From the human T2T-CHM13v2.0 reference genome, Homo sapiens: 64,000 nucleotides of DNA. Numbering within the stretch: position 1 is the first letter of the stretch; each line of letters starts with the position of its first letter. Location of the stretch: assembly GCF_009914755.1 (NCBI RefSeq), contig NC_060941.1; one strand, written 5' to 3'. This document shows, piece after piece, positions 30,912 to 46,324 of this stretch. Under the pieces are notes generated by a model, which saw only the letters and a list, made by a program, of their open reading frames with translations, made no database searches and was not told the DNA's origin. Position numbers and translations under genes: made by a program.

Positions 30912-32536
30912 GGAAGAAGAGTTCTGCTGCATAGGGTTGTTACTCAGATGAGATGAGCTTATACGGGTCAAGCACTGATAAGAGTGGCTGGCATATAGCA
31001 AGAGTAATCAATAATTGGTAGCTTTATACAACCCTATGCAATAAATACTATTAGAATCATTTTACAGATGAGGAAGATGAGGCTCAGAAAAGTATGATAA
31101 CTTGTCCAAAAAGTCATGCTGCCAATATGAGGGAGAATTTGAATTTCAGAGTCAGCACTGCCCCCACCCAGCTCAGGGATGGACTCTGGCATGCCATAGC
31201 CAGGAGAGAGTCCTGTGGGTGCAGAGCATGGAGAAGTCAGGCTTTCAGGGAAGAAATGAGCTGTGACTCCTGAACAAAGAGCAGGAATAAGGTAAGCCTG
31301 AAAGAATGAAGGAAGAAAAGCACTCAAGACCCTCAGCAATGCCATTCCGATGAAGTTCAAGGCAAATTCTTTTCCTAATTAAAGGCTGGTCTCCACAGCT
31401 GTCATTGGGGTGACCTCGCTAATTCAAATAAATAGCCACAGGGTTTCAAAGGGAACAGTTTTAACTCTGCTTTCCATAATAAGGATTCTGGATTACAGCC
31501 CAAAGCTTTAGCTAGTTAAGTGTGTGGGTCAGTCTCATAAATTGTTTTCTTGGCTGGATCCCAAGAAAGCCAGACTGTCATTCGAGCAATGAGGTGATTG
31601 GTTTTGCATTCCTACCCAAAAAGGAGGCTTCTCTATGATGCTTGCAAATCATACTTGTAAGATTTGTACCATTGGGATTCTCAATCTTCTGCTAAAATCT
31701 GTTCTAGTGTTTTCTTAGGGGAAACTACACTTCTGAAGATGGCTGTCCAGAGATAGCACCCCAGAACAGAGCTACTGGAGACCATTTCTCCAGTGAACAG
31801 GTGGAAGGGTCATCTCAGTAAGAAAGGCTTCTACGTTTGCTAACTGCCCCTTCTCTGAGAACTTTGGGGAGGGGCTACTGGCCCCCTGAAGTTCCTGTTC
31901 CAACTCGAAATTCTTTTCCTTACATGATGGTTGGGGCACTACTGCTGAGCAATTCCAGAGGGCTTTGCAGGAAGTGGGCTTTCCAGAGGGAAGTGCAGGA
32001 AGAGGACTGGTCGCAGTCCAAGGATGGCACTTGTGTCCTGGCTCTGCCCTCGGATGACTATGGACGACTCCCTTATATGCTTGGCTTCCTTGTTTAAAAT
32101 CTTGGTTTTAAACAAGTTTAAACTTCATGGCAGCAGGAAAACAAAACATATGTGAAAAAGCTAGACAAAAAGCTGAGAATCATCATTACGCTGACTCCCA
32201 TTAAGCCAGAACTAGATCAGATCTTTTAGAATAGGGATTCCAAGCCACAAGGAGATATCCACGGGCAGTCTAAGTCTTCCCTGTGGGTCCCTCACCTGCC
32301 CGTCCCTAAAGGCAGAGTGGAACAATGGAACCAGCCAGGCAGTGAGTTGGTCAGGCCTGGGTTTGATTTCTGGCTCTGCCACATTTATTATCTTCCAATG
32401 ATCCATTCTTAGCAATTTTACAGTGGAAATGGATACATAAGCCCTGTCCATGCCTCACTAACTCGGCTGACTGAAAAACAAAAATCCACAGATAACCTAT
32501 GAACCTCATTTTGCCTTAAAGAGTTTCAGCCTCTAA

Positions 32537-32663
32537 GCCAGGCGCAGTGGCATGCACCTATAGTCCCTGCTACTAGGGAGGGAAGGTGGAAGGATCCCTT
32601 GAGGCCAGAAGGTCAAGTCCAACCTGGACAACACAGCAAGACCTCATCTCTAAAATACAAAAG
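32537..32663 (+). mobile_element. FLAM-like Alu monomer
   Basis: Single arm. Confidence 0.75.
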
Positions 32664-33226
32664 TCTCAGCCACTTTCCCACAAAAACGTAGCACAAAAGA
32701 GCTGATGTGCATGAACTTTTTATTTGAATGTTCTGTTCTCTCTACTTCTCTCCATTACAGGGGCTTATGAGAACTAACAGCTCCTAAAACGAGAGGCAGA
32801 AAGAAGGCAGAAGATATGGACAAAGGAGTCTAAGGAAAATTTGTAATCCAGTTCACCAGCTTATAAAAAACCAGCACTAGCTGAAAACAGCAGACAAAAG
32901 TAAGGACCAGACGACCCTGATCTGCCTGACCCAAGATCAGCATGTTCTTTTTCACAAGGCCACATTGCAAGGTTCCATTAATAAATAGCAGTAATAAGGA
33001 TGGGGGCCTTGGGGTCAGGCAGACCTGGGCTCAAACTCCTGGCTCTGTAATGTATTAGCCCCAAGATCTCAGGCAAGTTCATTAATCCTGGCTTTAACCC
33101 TCAATCATATCATATGTAAAATGGGGATTAAAAACTATATACTTCGCAGGATTACTATACTAACCAGAAAATCATATCTATTTAAAGGACATTTATAATA
33201 CTAGTTACTAAGTATTAAGATCTTAT

Positions 33227-33256
33227 TATGGGCCGATATGTATGGGCCGATATGTA
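33227..33256. repeat. Perfect 14-bp tandem duplication
   Basis: tatgggccgatatg x2, plus ta. Confidence 0.9.
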
Positions 33257-35947
33257 CACCTTCCCTTTTAAATCTCAAAACAACCCTATGAGGGAGGTAT
33301 TATGTCCCCCATTTTAAAAAATGAGGCTACTTAGTAGGCTCAGAGTAAGTAATTTGCCCCAAAAGATACAGTGTTGGGATGAGAATGTGACTTGGGTTTG
33401 TCTGCTCCAAAGACTGTTCTTATTGTCATTACAATGGTACTATAAGCAGTCACATCAGCACGGTAGTTAGTATAGAAAAGGAAGCAGTCAGAATTCCAGG
33501 AAAGGCTTTTGCCAGCTTTAGTCGCGACAGCCCTGGGATGGGCCATCACCATTCCATTTTACAGATGAGAACTTGGGGCTCAGAGACATGAAGACTGTTA
33601 GAAGTAAACAAAAAGCTGTTTATCTTTTAGAGCCCTTTATCTATTTCAGTATTTATAAAGTAATTATTATAAAGTAATATGATGCCTGGAATCTGCTTCA
33701 AAATAATGCAGAGTGGGAGGGGAGGATGATTAGATGAAACAAGATTGGATTGGCCAGATGCTTAGAAGCTGAGTCATGGGTACACAGAGGTTCATTACAC
33801 TGTTCTCCCAATTCATATCTATGCTTGAAATTTTCTATGATAAGAAAAAGCAAAAATAAAAAAATACTTCATCTCCTGGAGAAAGCATAAGGCAGAAGCA
33901 GGTCTCAAACTGGGGTATGTTCTGTCCCCAAATTCTGAGTCCTCTCCAATCCACTGTAACAGTCACTTTAAAAAACCCTTTCTTCTTTCCATCTTGATAT
34001 GGGTCCAAAGTGCTGCTAATTAGAGCTAGGGAGTTAGGAAGGCAAAGCAGTCTCTATAGGGGTCAGATAGTGGCAGACCAGCCTGCTGCTGGGGTGCGAC
34101 AGAGGGCTGAATCCTGCTGCCTGGAGAGTGCAGAAAAGGCCTCAGCAAGGTAACAACACTTGGGTATGGAGAGAATGTGGATGATCCAAAAGAGAATGTA
34201 GGAATGTGAAGGCAAAGGAGAGAAGGAGCAGCCAGTGCAAATGCATGGAAAGGGGAGCCCGAAGGCTGAGCTGCCTCCAGATCTCTCTTGGGGATTGCTG
34301 CTGCAGCCTCCTCATTGTTATCACTTCCTCCACTCTCTCTTTCCATAGTCTACACTCCACACTGCCCCAGGTGGTCTGCACCAAACAGAAAATCTGATCT
34401 CATCTTCCCCCTAAGTATTAAAAACCTCCCAGATCTCCCCACTTCACTTCAGATAAGGTCTACACTCCTCAACCTGATCCTCAGGGTGACTATCTCTAAC
34501 CAGCCCTGACTTCCACTTCCTACCCCTTGCCAGGGCCCCACGTGAACATCCAGAGCCCAAGGTCTAGCTGCCACAAACATACAGGCCCCTTTTCTCCAAT
34601 GTTCTCTCTTCCTTGCACATCCCTCCCCCTCCAGGTAAACTCCTACCAGAGAGCAGCTCAGATGTCACCTCCTTTGTGAAGGCAGTCCTTACTCTGCCCC
34701 TCTCAGTGCATGCTGCTACATTATCAGAGCACCCCCACACTGCACTTGAGGGTCTTCCTCTGGATGAGAAGGTGGGCTCTAGGGCAGGGAGAGGCAGCAG
34801 ACAAGGTGATCAATACAAGGTGCTTATTAACACTACTAGCGACATAAATAATGCAGCCCCCGGATAGGCAGGCAGGGGTTGTGCAAGCCATCATGGTGCC
34901 TGGCACAAAGTGGCTGCCGTGAGAGGCTGCCTGGTGAGTGGACAGGTGAGGACGGCAGGATGCTGAGCAAAGGGATGCTGAGCAGAGGGCTCCTTCCTGA
35001 CCTTGGCTGAGGCAGCCTTGCTGCGGTGCCCTTCATGAGTCTGTAAGCTCACGGCTGCAGGAGGCTAATTCAGTGCCTAAAAATGCTGTAACAGTTTCTT
35101 TGAAAGGTTCCAGACAAATGGAAAATGACACCGACAGCTTGACGCTCCCTTCACCTCCATGGCTGCAAACCTAAAGAATATTTATGATCCGTGGGATCAG
35201 AGATTTGGTGTCTTAGAAGCAAAGAAAGGTCACAAGACAAACTAACGCAGACCATCTGCTCTTGGGTGGGGAAAGAGATTCCCATATTTGGAGTTATTCT
35301 CCCCAAAGCACCAGACACCTGCTTCTCTTGTGAAAATCTATGAGCTAACACAATGATTTTTATTTAACATAGTATAAAACCAACGTCTCCTACAAGGAGA
35401 GGTGAAAAGCTGAACACAAACATGCCGACTAACAGGGAGCTATGGAAGCCTTCCGGCGGGGAAACAGGAGGTCCGCACTTGTGCTCTCCATATTAAATGC
35501 TTAGCGACAAGGCCTAACAGAGGAGAACAAATGCTCCCAGAGATGTCTGCCTGATGGCAATGGAGAAAAACTCATCTGGGGCTAGTACTAGTGGAGCTCC
35601 CCTCCTCCTCCATTTTTCATAGGCCGGATGCTCCTGCAATTCCCAACACCGTACTCCTGACATTCCAGCAGATGCTGCCCGCACTGCCGCCGCCACACTA
35701 ATCCTTCATCCTCCGGGGCCAATGGAAATGTAGGATTTCCCATTAATCAGGGCCGTGGACACCAAAATAGCTCATCTGACCTTTGCAAATACCAAAGGGT
35801 GGATTTAAAGCAGAAACTGGCAAAAGGTAATGCAAAAGTCTTTAGCTTTCTTTTCAGAGATGATTTTATGCAGTCATTAGCTAAGAAACAGATTGCCAGT
35901 AGGACCAACAAGGTTAAAAATTAGGTGGAAAGAGCCAAATGTTTCAC

Positions 35948-36004
35948 CACACACACACATACACACACACACACACACACTCTCTCTCTCTCTCTCTCTC
36001 TCTC
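35948..36004. repeat. Compound (CA)n(CT)n microsatellite
   Basis: Seen directly. Confidence 0.95.
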
Positions 36005-36544
36005 ATTCCTTGATGAATTATTTAACTTACATTAAAAATATATATATGGCTCAGAAATCTCTTGGCATTGGCACTGGATTGAAAACAGTGTCAAACTGGG
36101 AAGTAGCTGTTCTCTGAGAGAACACTTATACATCAAAACAAACATGGATTTCAATGTGCAATACCAGGTGGACTTCATCAGACAATACAGACCACAGATC
36201 TGCTATTGATGAAAAGATAGACCCTCTCTTAGGGAGACCCACATTACATAGGATGAAACTTCATTAAACTTCCTTATCACATACATACCCATCTTCTCTC
36301 TATTTACAGCCTATACATCTTAGTTAATCATTGATATTTTGTGAGCAAAAGTGACCTTAATATTTCACGGAGACTTTCTCTGCATAGCTATAATTCAGCA
36401 CCACATAAAACTGGATCTTAAGTATCTTAATGAAATGTAGGACTCTTTCCATTTAAAAAAAGAGAAAAAGTAATTATAGAAAACTGGAAGAAAAAAGAAG
36501 AAAAGCTAGTCACATAAGTCTGCCACCACCCTAATTCAATCTTT

Positions 36545-36870
<326 letters not shown>

Positions 36871-36879
36871 GTAATTCAA

Positions 36880-37200
36880 TTTTGTATAAGAGCTTTATTG
36901 AGATATAATTTACATACCATGAAATCTACCCTCTTGAAGTGTACAATTCAGTGGCATTAGTACATATATTCAGAGTTGTGCAACCATCACCACTATGTAA
37001 CTCTAGAATATATTCATCATCCTAAAAATAAATCCTGTACCTGTTAGTAGTCACTTCCCATTCCCCCTCTCCCAGCCTCCTACAACCACTAATCTGCCTT
37101 TTCTCTATATAGATGTGTCTATTCTGAACATTTCTTATAAATGCAATCATACAATATATAGCTGTTTGTGTCTGGCTTCTTTCATGAAACATAATATTTT
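36880..37200 (-). mobile_element. L1MB-like 3' end
   Basis: agctttattgagatataatttacatacc...gttgtgcaaccatcaccac. Confidence 0.85.
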
Positions 37201-37385
37201 TACCCAATTCTATTTTTTATTAGCACTTTGTTAGGTTTCTTTCCCATCTCGATTCTGATATATTTAAAACTTAATCCTTTGCTAACATTATAAAGTTAAG
37301 TCTGTTTTTTGCTAAACCACAAGTTACTGACCCTAAGCTAGGCTCATGGGTGCAGAGGCTGCAGGAGGCCTGTTTTGCTCTCTAA

Positions 37386-37752
<367 letters not shown>

Positions 37753-37889
37753 TAGGAAAGTACTAACTAGTTATACCAGCCCTCAGGACAATCCCACACA
37801 GTAAATACAATCTTCAGCAAGGAACAGGAAAGAACACTAGAACTGGGATTTAAATAGGAAGAGCTACTACCATCCAGTGAGCTTTTCAG

Positions 37890-38015
37890 TTTTATACGGT
37901 GGGGGGGTCTCACTATATTGCCCATGCTGGTCTTGAACTCCTGGGCTCAAGTGATCCTGCTGCCTCAGCCTCCCAAAGTGCTGGGATTATAGACATGAGC
38001 CACCGTGCCCAGGCC
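37890..38015 (-). mobile_element. FLAM_C-like monomer
   Basis: Single arm; TSD cagtgagcttt. Confidence 0.8.
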
Positions 38016-38040
38016 AGTGAGCTTTCTGTTTTGCAAATAT

Positions 38041-38365
38041 TGTAGGCTAAATTGTGCCATCCTCAAGTTCTCATGTTGAAGCCCTAAGCACCAGTACCTC
38101 ACAATATGACTGATTGAATTTGGAGACAGGGTCTTTAAAGAAGTGATTAAGTTAAAATGGGGCCCTAATCCAATCATGCATGCACAGAGGAATGACCATG
38201 TGAGGACACAGCAAGACAGTAGCTGTTGGCAAGCCACGGAAAGAGGCTTCTGAAGAAGCCAAACCTGCAGCTTGATCTTGGATTTTCAGCCTCCAGAACT
38301 ATGAGAAAATAAGTTCGGTTAAGCCTTCCAGTCTGTGGTATTTTGTTATGGTAGCCCTAGCAAAC
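38041..38365 (+). mobile_element. MLT1-type MaLR LTR (MLT1B-like)
   Basis: atttggagacagggtctttaaagaagtgattaagttaaaatg...cagcctccagaactatgagaaaataa...gccctagcaaac. Confidence 0.8.
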
Positions 38366-39057
38366 GTCTCATTTAATGCCCCGACACATACTTTTAAAAA
38401 TAGGACTTCTATCCTCATTTTACAGATGAGGAAGCTCAGGCTCAAAGAGGTTACTGGAGCTGGGACTCAAAGTGAAGTCTGATTTTGAAGATTTTGTTCT
38501 TTCCAGAAAGTACAACAAGTTGTATTCATTTTTAATTTTTTTTGGTAGCATGAGGGGTCACACTGTTAAAATAAAGAAAAATCTTTGTTCTATTTTTTTT
38601 TAAATATATACTCTTTCCAGAATATACCTGGTTACAGTCCAAATTCAGAATCCACTCATTTCAGAAATACTTTTGATGGAGGAAAAGAAAATTAATGAGT
38701 CAAGTGCTTTACATGCATTATCCAATTTGAACATTAAACAATTCTAAGAGATACATATTAGTCATAATTGAGGAAACTAAGGCTCAGAGACATTAAATGA
38801 CTGTATCATGATACAATGTTTGTCTTTCATTAAGTTCCTTAGTCAAATAGTTTCATTTTGAAAGACCAAGTGTACTAAATTCTGTTTATCAACCTTTCAC
38901 TGAGACTTGCTGTACTGGATAATCTTGATACCAAGATAAATACGCCCTAGTCCCTACCTTGGAGAGAGTGTCAAGTACAGCTGGGGAGGGCAATAGCCCC
39001 CCAGAGCTGCTGCTAGCCCATATGGAGCTTCTGTGCAATCAAAAAATGTGCCCCCTT

Positions 39058-39426
<369 letters not shown>

Positions 39427-40491
39427 TCACACCCCCTCTTGCTAAGAGTGAGATCAGCGGAGTGCCCAGAGCAAGGCAGGCGTCCTAGGAAGGGCTTGCT
39501 TCCCCCTATCAACCCCACACTCTCCACACCCAGCCTCCCTCCTATTGCCTGATGGATCAAAGACCCCCATGATCTGTGCTGACCCTGTGAGGGGTGGGGG
39601 GAAAGAGTTGGAGTACAGAGCCAGGGCTGCTCAGAGTAAGTATTGGGCAAAGCCAAAAAGTTAAGAGTGCCAAGCAGGGGTCAAAATGCCAGAAGGGGCC
39701 ACATACGGAGTGACTGTCCCATAGACCAGAGAATGGGGAGCTGGAGCCATGAGGTGAAAGCAGGTCAGGGACACCTTAATTGAGTGTTCTCAGGGACCCT
39801 CCATGTGGGTTTCATGCCATGCATTTCTCACACAGGAGCCTTTTACCCCAAATATATTTATTCTTGCCACCTGCCATTAAGGGTCTCCACCTTCATCTTT
39901 TCCCAGTGCTAGGTGATGTTCTCCAATGGGGAACAGCAGTGTGGAACTCGTGCCAGGAAAACCCAGCTCACCATCCACGACATTACTGAACATCTAGCAC
40001 GGCAGAGCATAGAGCATAGGGCCCAGTGCAGACAATGCCACATCACAAGGCTTCATCTCTGACAAGAGCCTGTCTCAGCCCCCAAGGAGGCCCAACTGGG
40101 TCAGGAGAATAAATGTTACAAAGTGCCCCTTCCAGCAGCTAGAGTCTTACAGGATAAATACCACCCCACTCCGATGCTACAATCTGACCTGTGCCAGGGT
40201 GGGTATATGAAAAAAGTTAACAGGGAGTCATCAGGGCACCTGGGGTGAAGACAGTGGCTCTCTGGTCAGAGGACATATCTCAGTAAGTGTGGCATCCAAG
40301 CCTCACCTTGCAGGAGCAGAATCTCCCACATAAGCGAGAAGCAGATGAGACAGCCATCCTGGGGAAGGAAGGACAGAAGCAACGGCCAGAAGGCTGGTGG
40401 TGTGTCCCGAAAAGGTGCACAGTCCAGTGGCCAGAAGGCAGAAGAGCACTCCTCAGAGAGTGGCCTGCAGATCACCAGTGGGCAAGTTTAG

Positions 40492-41240
<749 letters not shown>

Positions 41241-42554
41241 CTGTTCCAATACTTTGTATGCTCCCATTCTAATGAGAGTGAGTCTTGGCGGGGAGCCTTA
41301 GGCAGACAACAGGATCCTGCTAGAAGAATCTTGCTTTGATTTCAATGTATTTATTTATTTTAATTTTTATGTTACTTTAGATTAATGCCAAGTGAAACTA
41401 CTTTTCAATTGAGAGTGATAGAAGCCTTTTAAAAGAAAATGTGCCCAAGTAAAAAAAGTTAGTCAATACACAGAAAATCTGTGACAGCATAGGTGGCTCA
41501 TAGATAAGGGAAAACCATGAAGGTAGTCCCCAGGAGAATGGAAACTGCAAGATCTGGGAAAACCTAGGCCAGAGCCTTGGTGCAGAGGGAAAAGAAAGAT
41601 CAGACACTGCAGTTTCTTCTTTCTGGTGGCCTATGGGCAGGGAGGACCTACCAGGAAGGGGGTGCTGTTTCATCTTCCCCACTAGGGGGAAGATCCCTGG
41701 CAGGATGTCTCCAGGGATCTACCTGGAGCCAACCTAACAAGCCAGGTAAGGGCTTTAGTGTGGGGCAGACCTGTTCAAGTTTTGGTTCTGCTACCTACTC
41801 CCTGAGAGGCTTCTGGGATGTCAATCAGCCTCATCCATAAATCCTAGATGATAATACCCACTCCCTTGCGGGGCTGCAAGGAAAATGACCAGCACCCAGT
41901 AGACGGCAGTTCCCTCGCCCACCCAGCCCTTTCCTAACTCTGGCAGGGACCAGATCTGAGATCCAGTCTCTGAGAACGTTCATAAGATTTAGAGGAAACA
42001 GAATCATACTTCTCTGTTCTGACTAGAATTAAAGAATATACAAAATGCCTGATCTCACTTTGTCTTACTGGGTTAGAGATGAAAAGGAGGAACATTTAGT
42101 ACTTGGGTAGACACTGTAGATTCTCAAGCCTCATGTGTCACCAGTAAAATGCAGGGAATTTGAGTTTGTGCATAAAAAGTTGCTGCCCTGGAGTGGCAAC
42201 AGAAAAATTTGGTTTCCTCAGGAGTAGCAGACAGGTAAGGCAAATAAATAAAAACCATATGAAAATTAACTGAAGAATGGTGACCAAAGGGTTTTTAGCA
42301 AAAAACCTTTCAAGAAACGTAAAGGTCTTGCATAGCCTTTTTACAGGGCAAGGGGAGGCCAAGGATGCAGGAGGAACGAGTCTGGGCAGCTCCACCAGCA
42401 GGCATTCTCTACCTCTGCATTTCCATGGGGACGTGGTGCTTAGGAAGGAAGTTAGCCGAAGGCAACTTTCATCCACACATCTTAGAGGTGGTTTTCCATT
42501 AGACAATGTGGACCAACAACCAAATGCCTTTTCCCCTCCTCAGATGTGTAGAAA

Positions 42555-43040
42555 TTAAAAGATGCCCAGTACTGATGAGAGTGCAAGGCAAACAGTCACT
42601 CGGGCTCTGTTGGTGAGGGGCTCATTTAGAGGGCAATTTGGCAGTCTCCATCAAAATTTCCAATACTCTTATAGTCTGACATGAGCATTTTGTCCCTAGG
42701 AATCTAAACTACACAAATATAGAAATGCACAAAGATATGCTGTTCCAGTATTACTTATAAGGACAAGAAAGCCACTGCCCACCAGGAGGAGGATGGCTAT
42801 ATAAACTGTACATCCATTCTGTGGAATGCTTGCACAATGAGATAGATCTAATTATGTTGCCATGGAAAGGTCTCCAAAATGTACAATGACATGGCAAAAC
42901 AAAAGCGAGCTGTAAAATGAAGCCTACAGTAGGATCCCATTTATACAAAAGAAACTTCATGGAACATGCGCCACACACTAAGCAGCTGATTACCTCTGGG
43001 GAGCCTAGTTGGGCTGAGAAATTAAGGGCTCACTCTTTAT
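42555..43040 (+). mobile_element. Old L1ME-like fragment
   Basis: gagggcaatttggcagt...aaatgcacaaagatatg...ataaactgtacatccat. Confidence 0.65.
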
Positions 43041-43057
43041 ACAGTAAGTGCTTCTTT

Positions 43058-43374
43058 ATTTTCTTTTCTTTTTTTTTTTTTTTTTTTTTGAGACAGGATT
43101 TCACTCTGTTCCCAGGCTGGAGTGCAGTGGTGTGATCTTACCTCACTGCAGCCTCGACCTTCCCAGGCTCAAGCAATCCTCCTGCCTCAGCCTCCTGAGG
43201 AGCTGGGACCACAGGTGCGTGCTGCCACGCCTGGCTAAGTTTTTAAATATTCTTTGTAGCAACAAGGTCTTACTGTGTTGCCTAGGCTGGTCTCAAACTC
43301 CTGGGCTCAGGAGATCCTCCAGCCTCAGCCTCCCAAAGTGCTGGGATTACAGGTGTGAGCCACCACACCCAGCC
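43058..43374 (-). mobile_element. AluJ
   Basis: Antisense Alu. Confidence 0.88.
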
Positions 43375-43714
43375 TATATTTTATAATTTTTAAAAACAAA
43401 AATGGGTCTCTGTGTCAGTCCCATTCACTGAAGGGCAAACAAACAGCTTTAGGATGCCCAGTATGCACAAAAGACCAAAGAGAAGGCAGCCTCTGGGGTA
43501 GAGGAACACTGGAGTAAGAAGCAACATGGAATGCTGGTCCTGCTGCAGGAAGGCCCCTTAGCCACCTGAGGCACACTTCCTCCTCCGCTGCCCTGACAGA
43601 ACAGGAAGGTTGAAAAGGTGTATACACATTCTCAAAAGCAGCCTGCCCACCACAATAGGGCTGCAATGGGGCTTCTGGGACGCCATGCCCAACAGACTGG
43701 TCCCCACCCCTTCA

Positions 43715-43988
<274 letters not shown>

Positions 43989-44985
43989 TTATGTTATGTG
44001 TATTTTACCACCATAAAAACAAAAGACTGCAGAGAGTCATTCTGGTCCTTGAGCATGAATTAATCAGGAAGCAGCAGTTTGGTTGCTGCAGTATTCCTGT
44101 AAGGTGCTAGAGACAAGCAGGAGTGCCCCGGATCACTTTCCCCACCTCAGGAGGACAGAGAACCACTGTCCCTGCAAAAGGCGTCACCAACTGTTTAAGA
44201 GGCAGATCCCAAATAGGGACCACCATGGGGGCAGAGCCTTAAGCATCACCTGGCCCCTAACCCAGGAGGAAACCTGTGCCCCACAGCATGCACATGGATG
44301 GGGTGTAGAAACAGCCCACAGCTGACCTCACTGACCTGCCCCCACCAGCCCAACACACATGAAGACACGTGAGTGGGGGGAGCACATAGGGTGTGTAGTG
44401 GGCCTCACTGGGTTTCAATCCTGTTGGTTGTGTGATTCTGAGAAAGTCACAACACAGGTAAAAATGCCATCTCACAAAGTCAAGAGGGTTAAATGAGATA
44501 AAATCTTGAAAGAACACAGCACAGTCCCCTGCACAAGCAGGTGCTCTATGCATGTTCATTGCCTTGCCTCTTCTTCCAAGTCACACAAGGATGCCTTCCC
44601 TTGTACCCTGTACAGTTAGCCACTCTCAGGACAGGCATAGGACAGGGCAAGCATTGTTCATCTTTGAATTCAAAATCCCACCGGCTCAACATAGTGCATT
44701 CAAATAGTCAGATAATTATTAAATACATATAAGTTATAAGTGCCACTGCAGTTCAGAGGCTTCTGGGCCAGCTTTGTGGCAGTGGGAAGATCTAGGTTAG
44801 GTTTCAAAGGGTATATTGGTCTAAACCATGAGCAAGAGAGAAGGGATGCTTTGCAGGGCCAAAGGCCATGCTGAGCACAGAAAAGGAGGGAGTGGGAACG
44901 GCAAAGTAAGTAGAGACCTTGGTAAGAGAAAAGACGGGAAGAAGCCCAGTCAGTGAAGGCCTTGAACACCAGGCTACATTTATAA

Positions 44986-45300
<315 letters not shown>

Positions 45301-45870
45301 TAAATCATTCTAAAGGAGATGGGGAGTTCCAGAAATTTTCTGGTAGAGTTGTCCAAAGTTTTGGAAGGTTCCAGAGTGTAGAAAGGGAGGGAGAATATGA
45401 AGGAGGAGACCAGCTAGGTGGTATTGAACTGGTCTAACTTACAGCCTCAAGCAATGGTCCAGGCATGACCAAGGGCTGGACTAAGTTAGAGGAGGAGAAA
45501 ACTAAGAGCAAACACATGCTAAACACATTATGAAAACAAACAAAAAACTCTCACACAGATACTACGCTCTAAGGCCAAGAGAGGTCCCAGAACCTCCATG
45601 GCAGTGTGGCTCCTCCATCCATTTGCTCAGCCCCTTCCTGACCTCCCTTTCTTTTGCTGTTGCTCACCCTAGAGCAATGTCTTTATGTTCAAAAAGCATT
45701 TATGGAATTGAAATGATTGCATCTCATGGGCACCTTGTCAGAAATGTGCCATCACAAGTGACATTTTCGGGTGTCATAGTTAGTCTCTCATCTGCTGGTG
45801 GATCTGATTTGCCCAGCTGACAAGTGAGAAGACTGTGACACCAACAATTATAGAAACAAACTCAACCTAG

Positions 45871-46319
<449 letters not shown>

Positions 46320-46324
46320 TCTTC

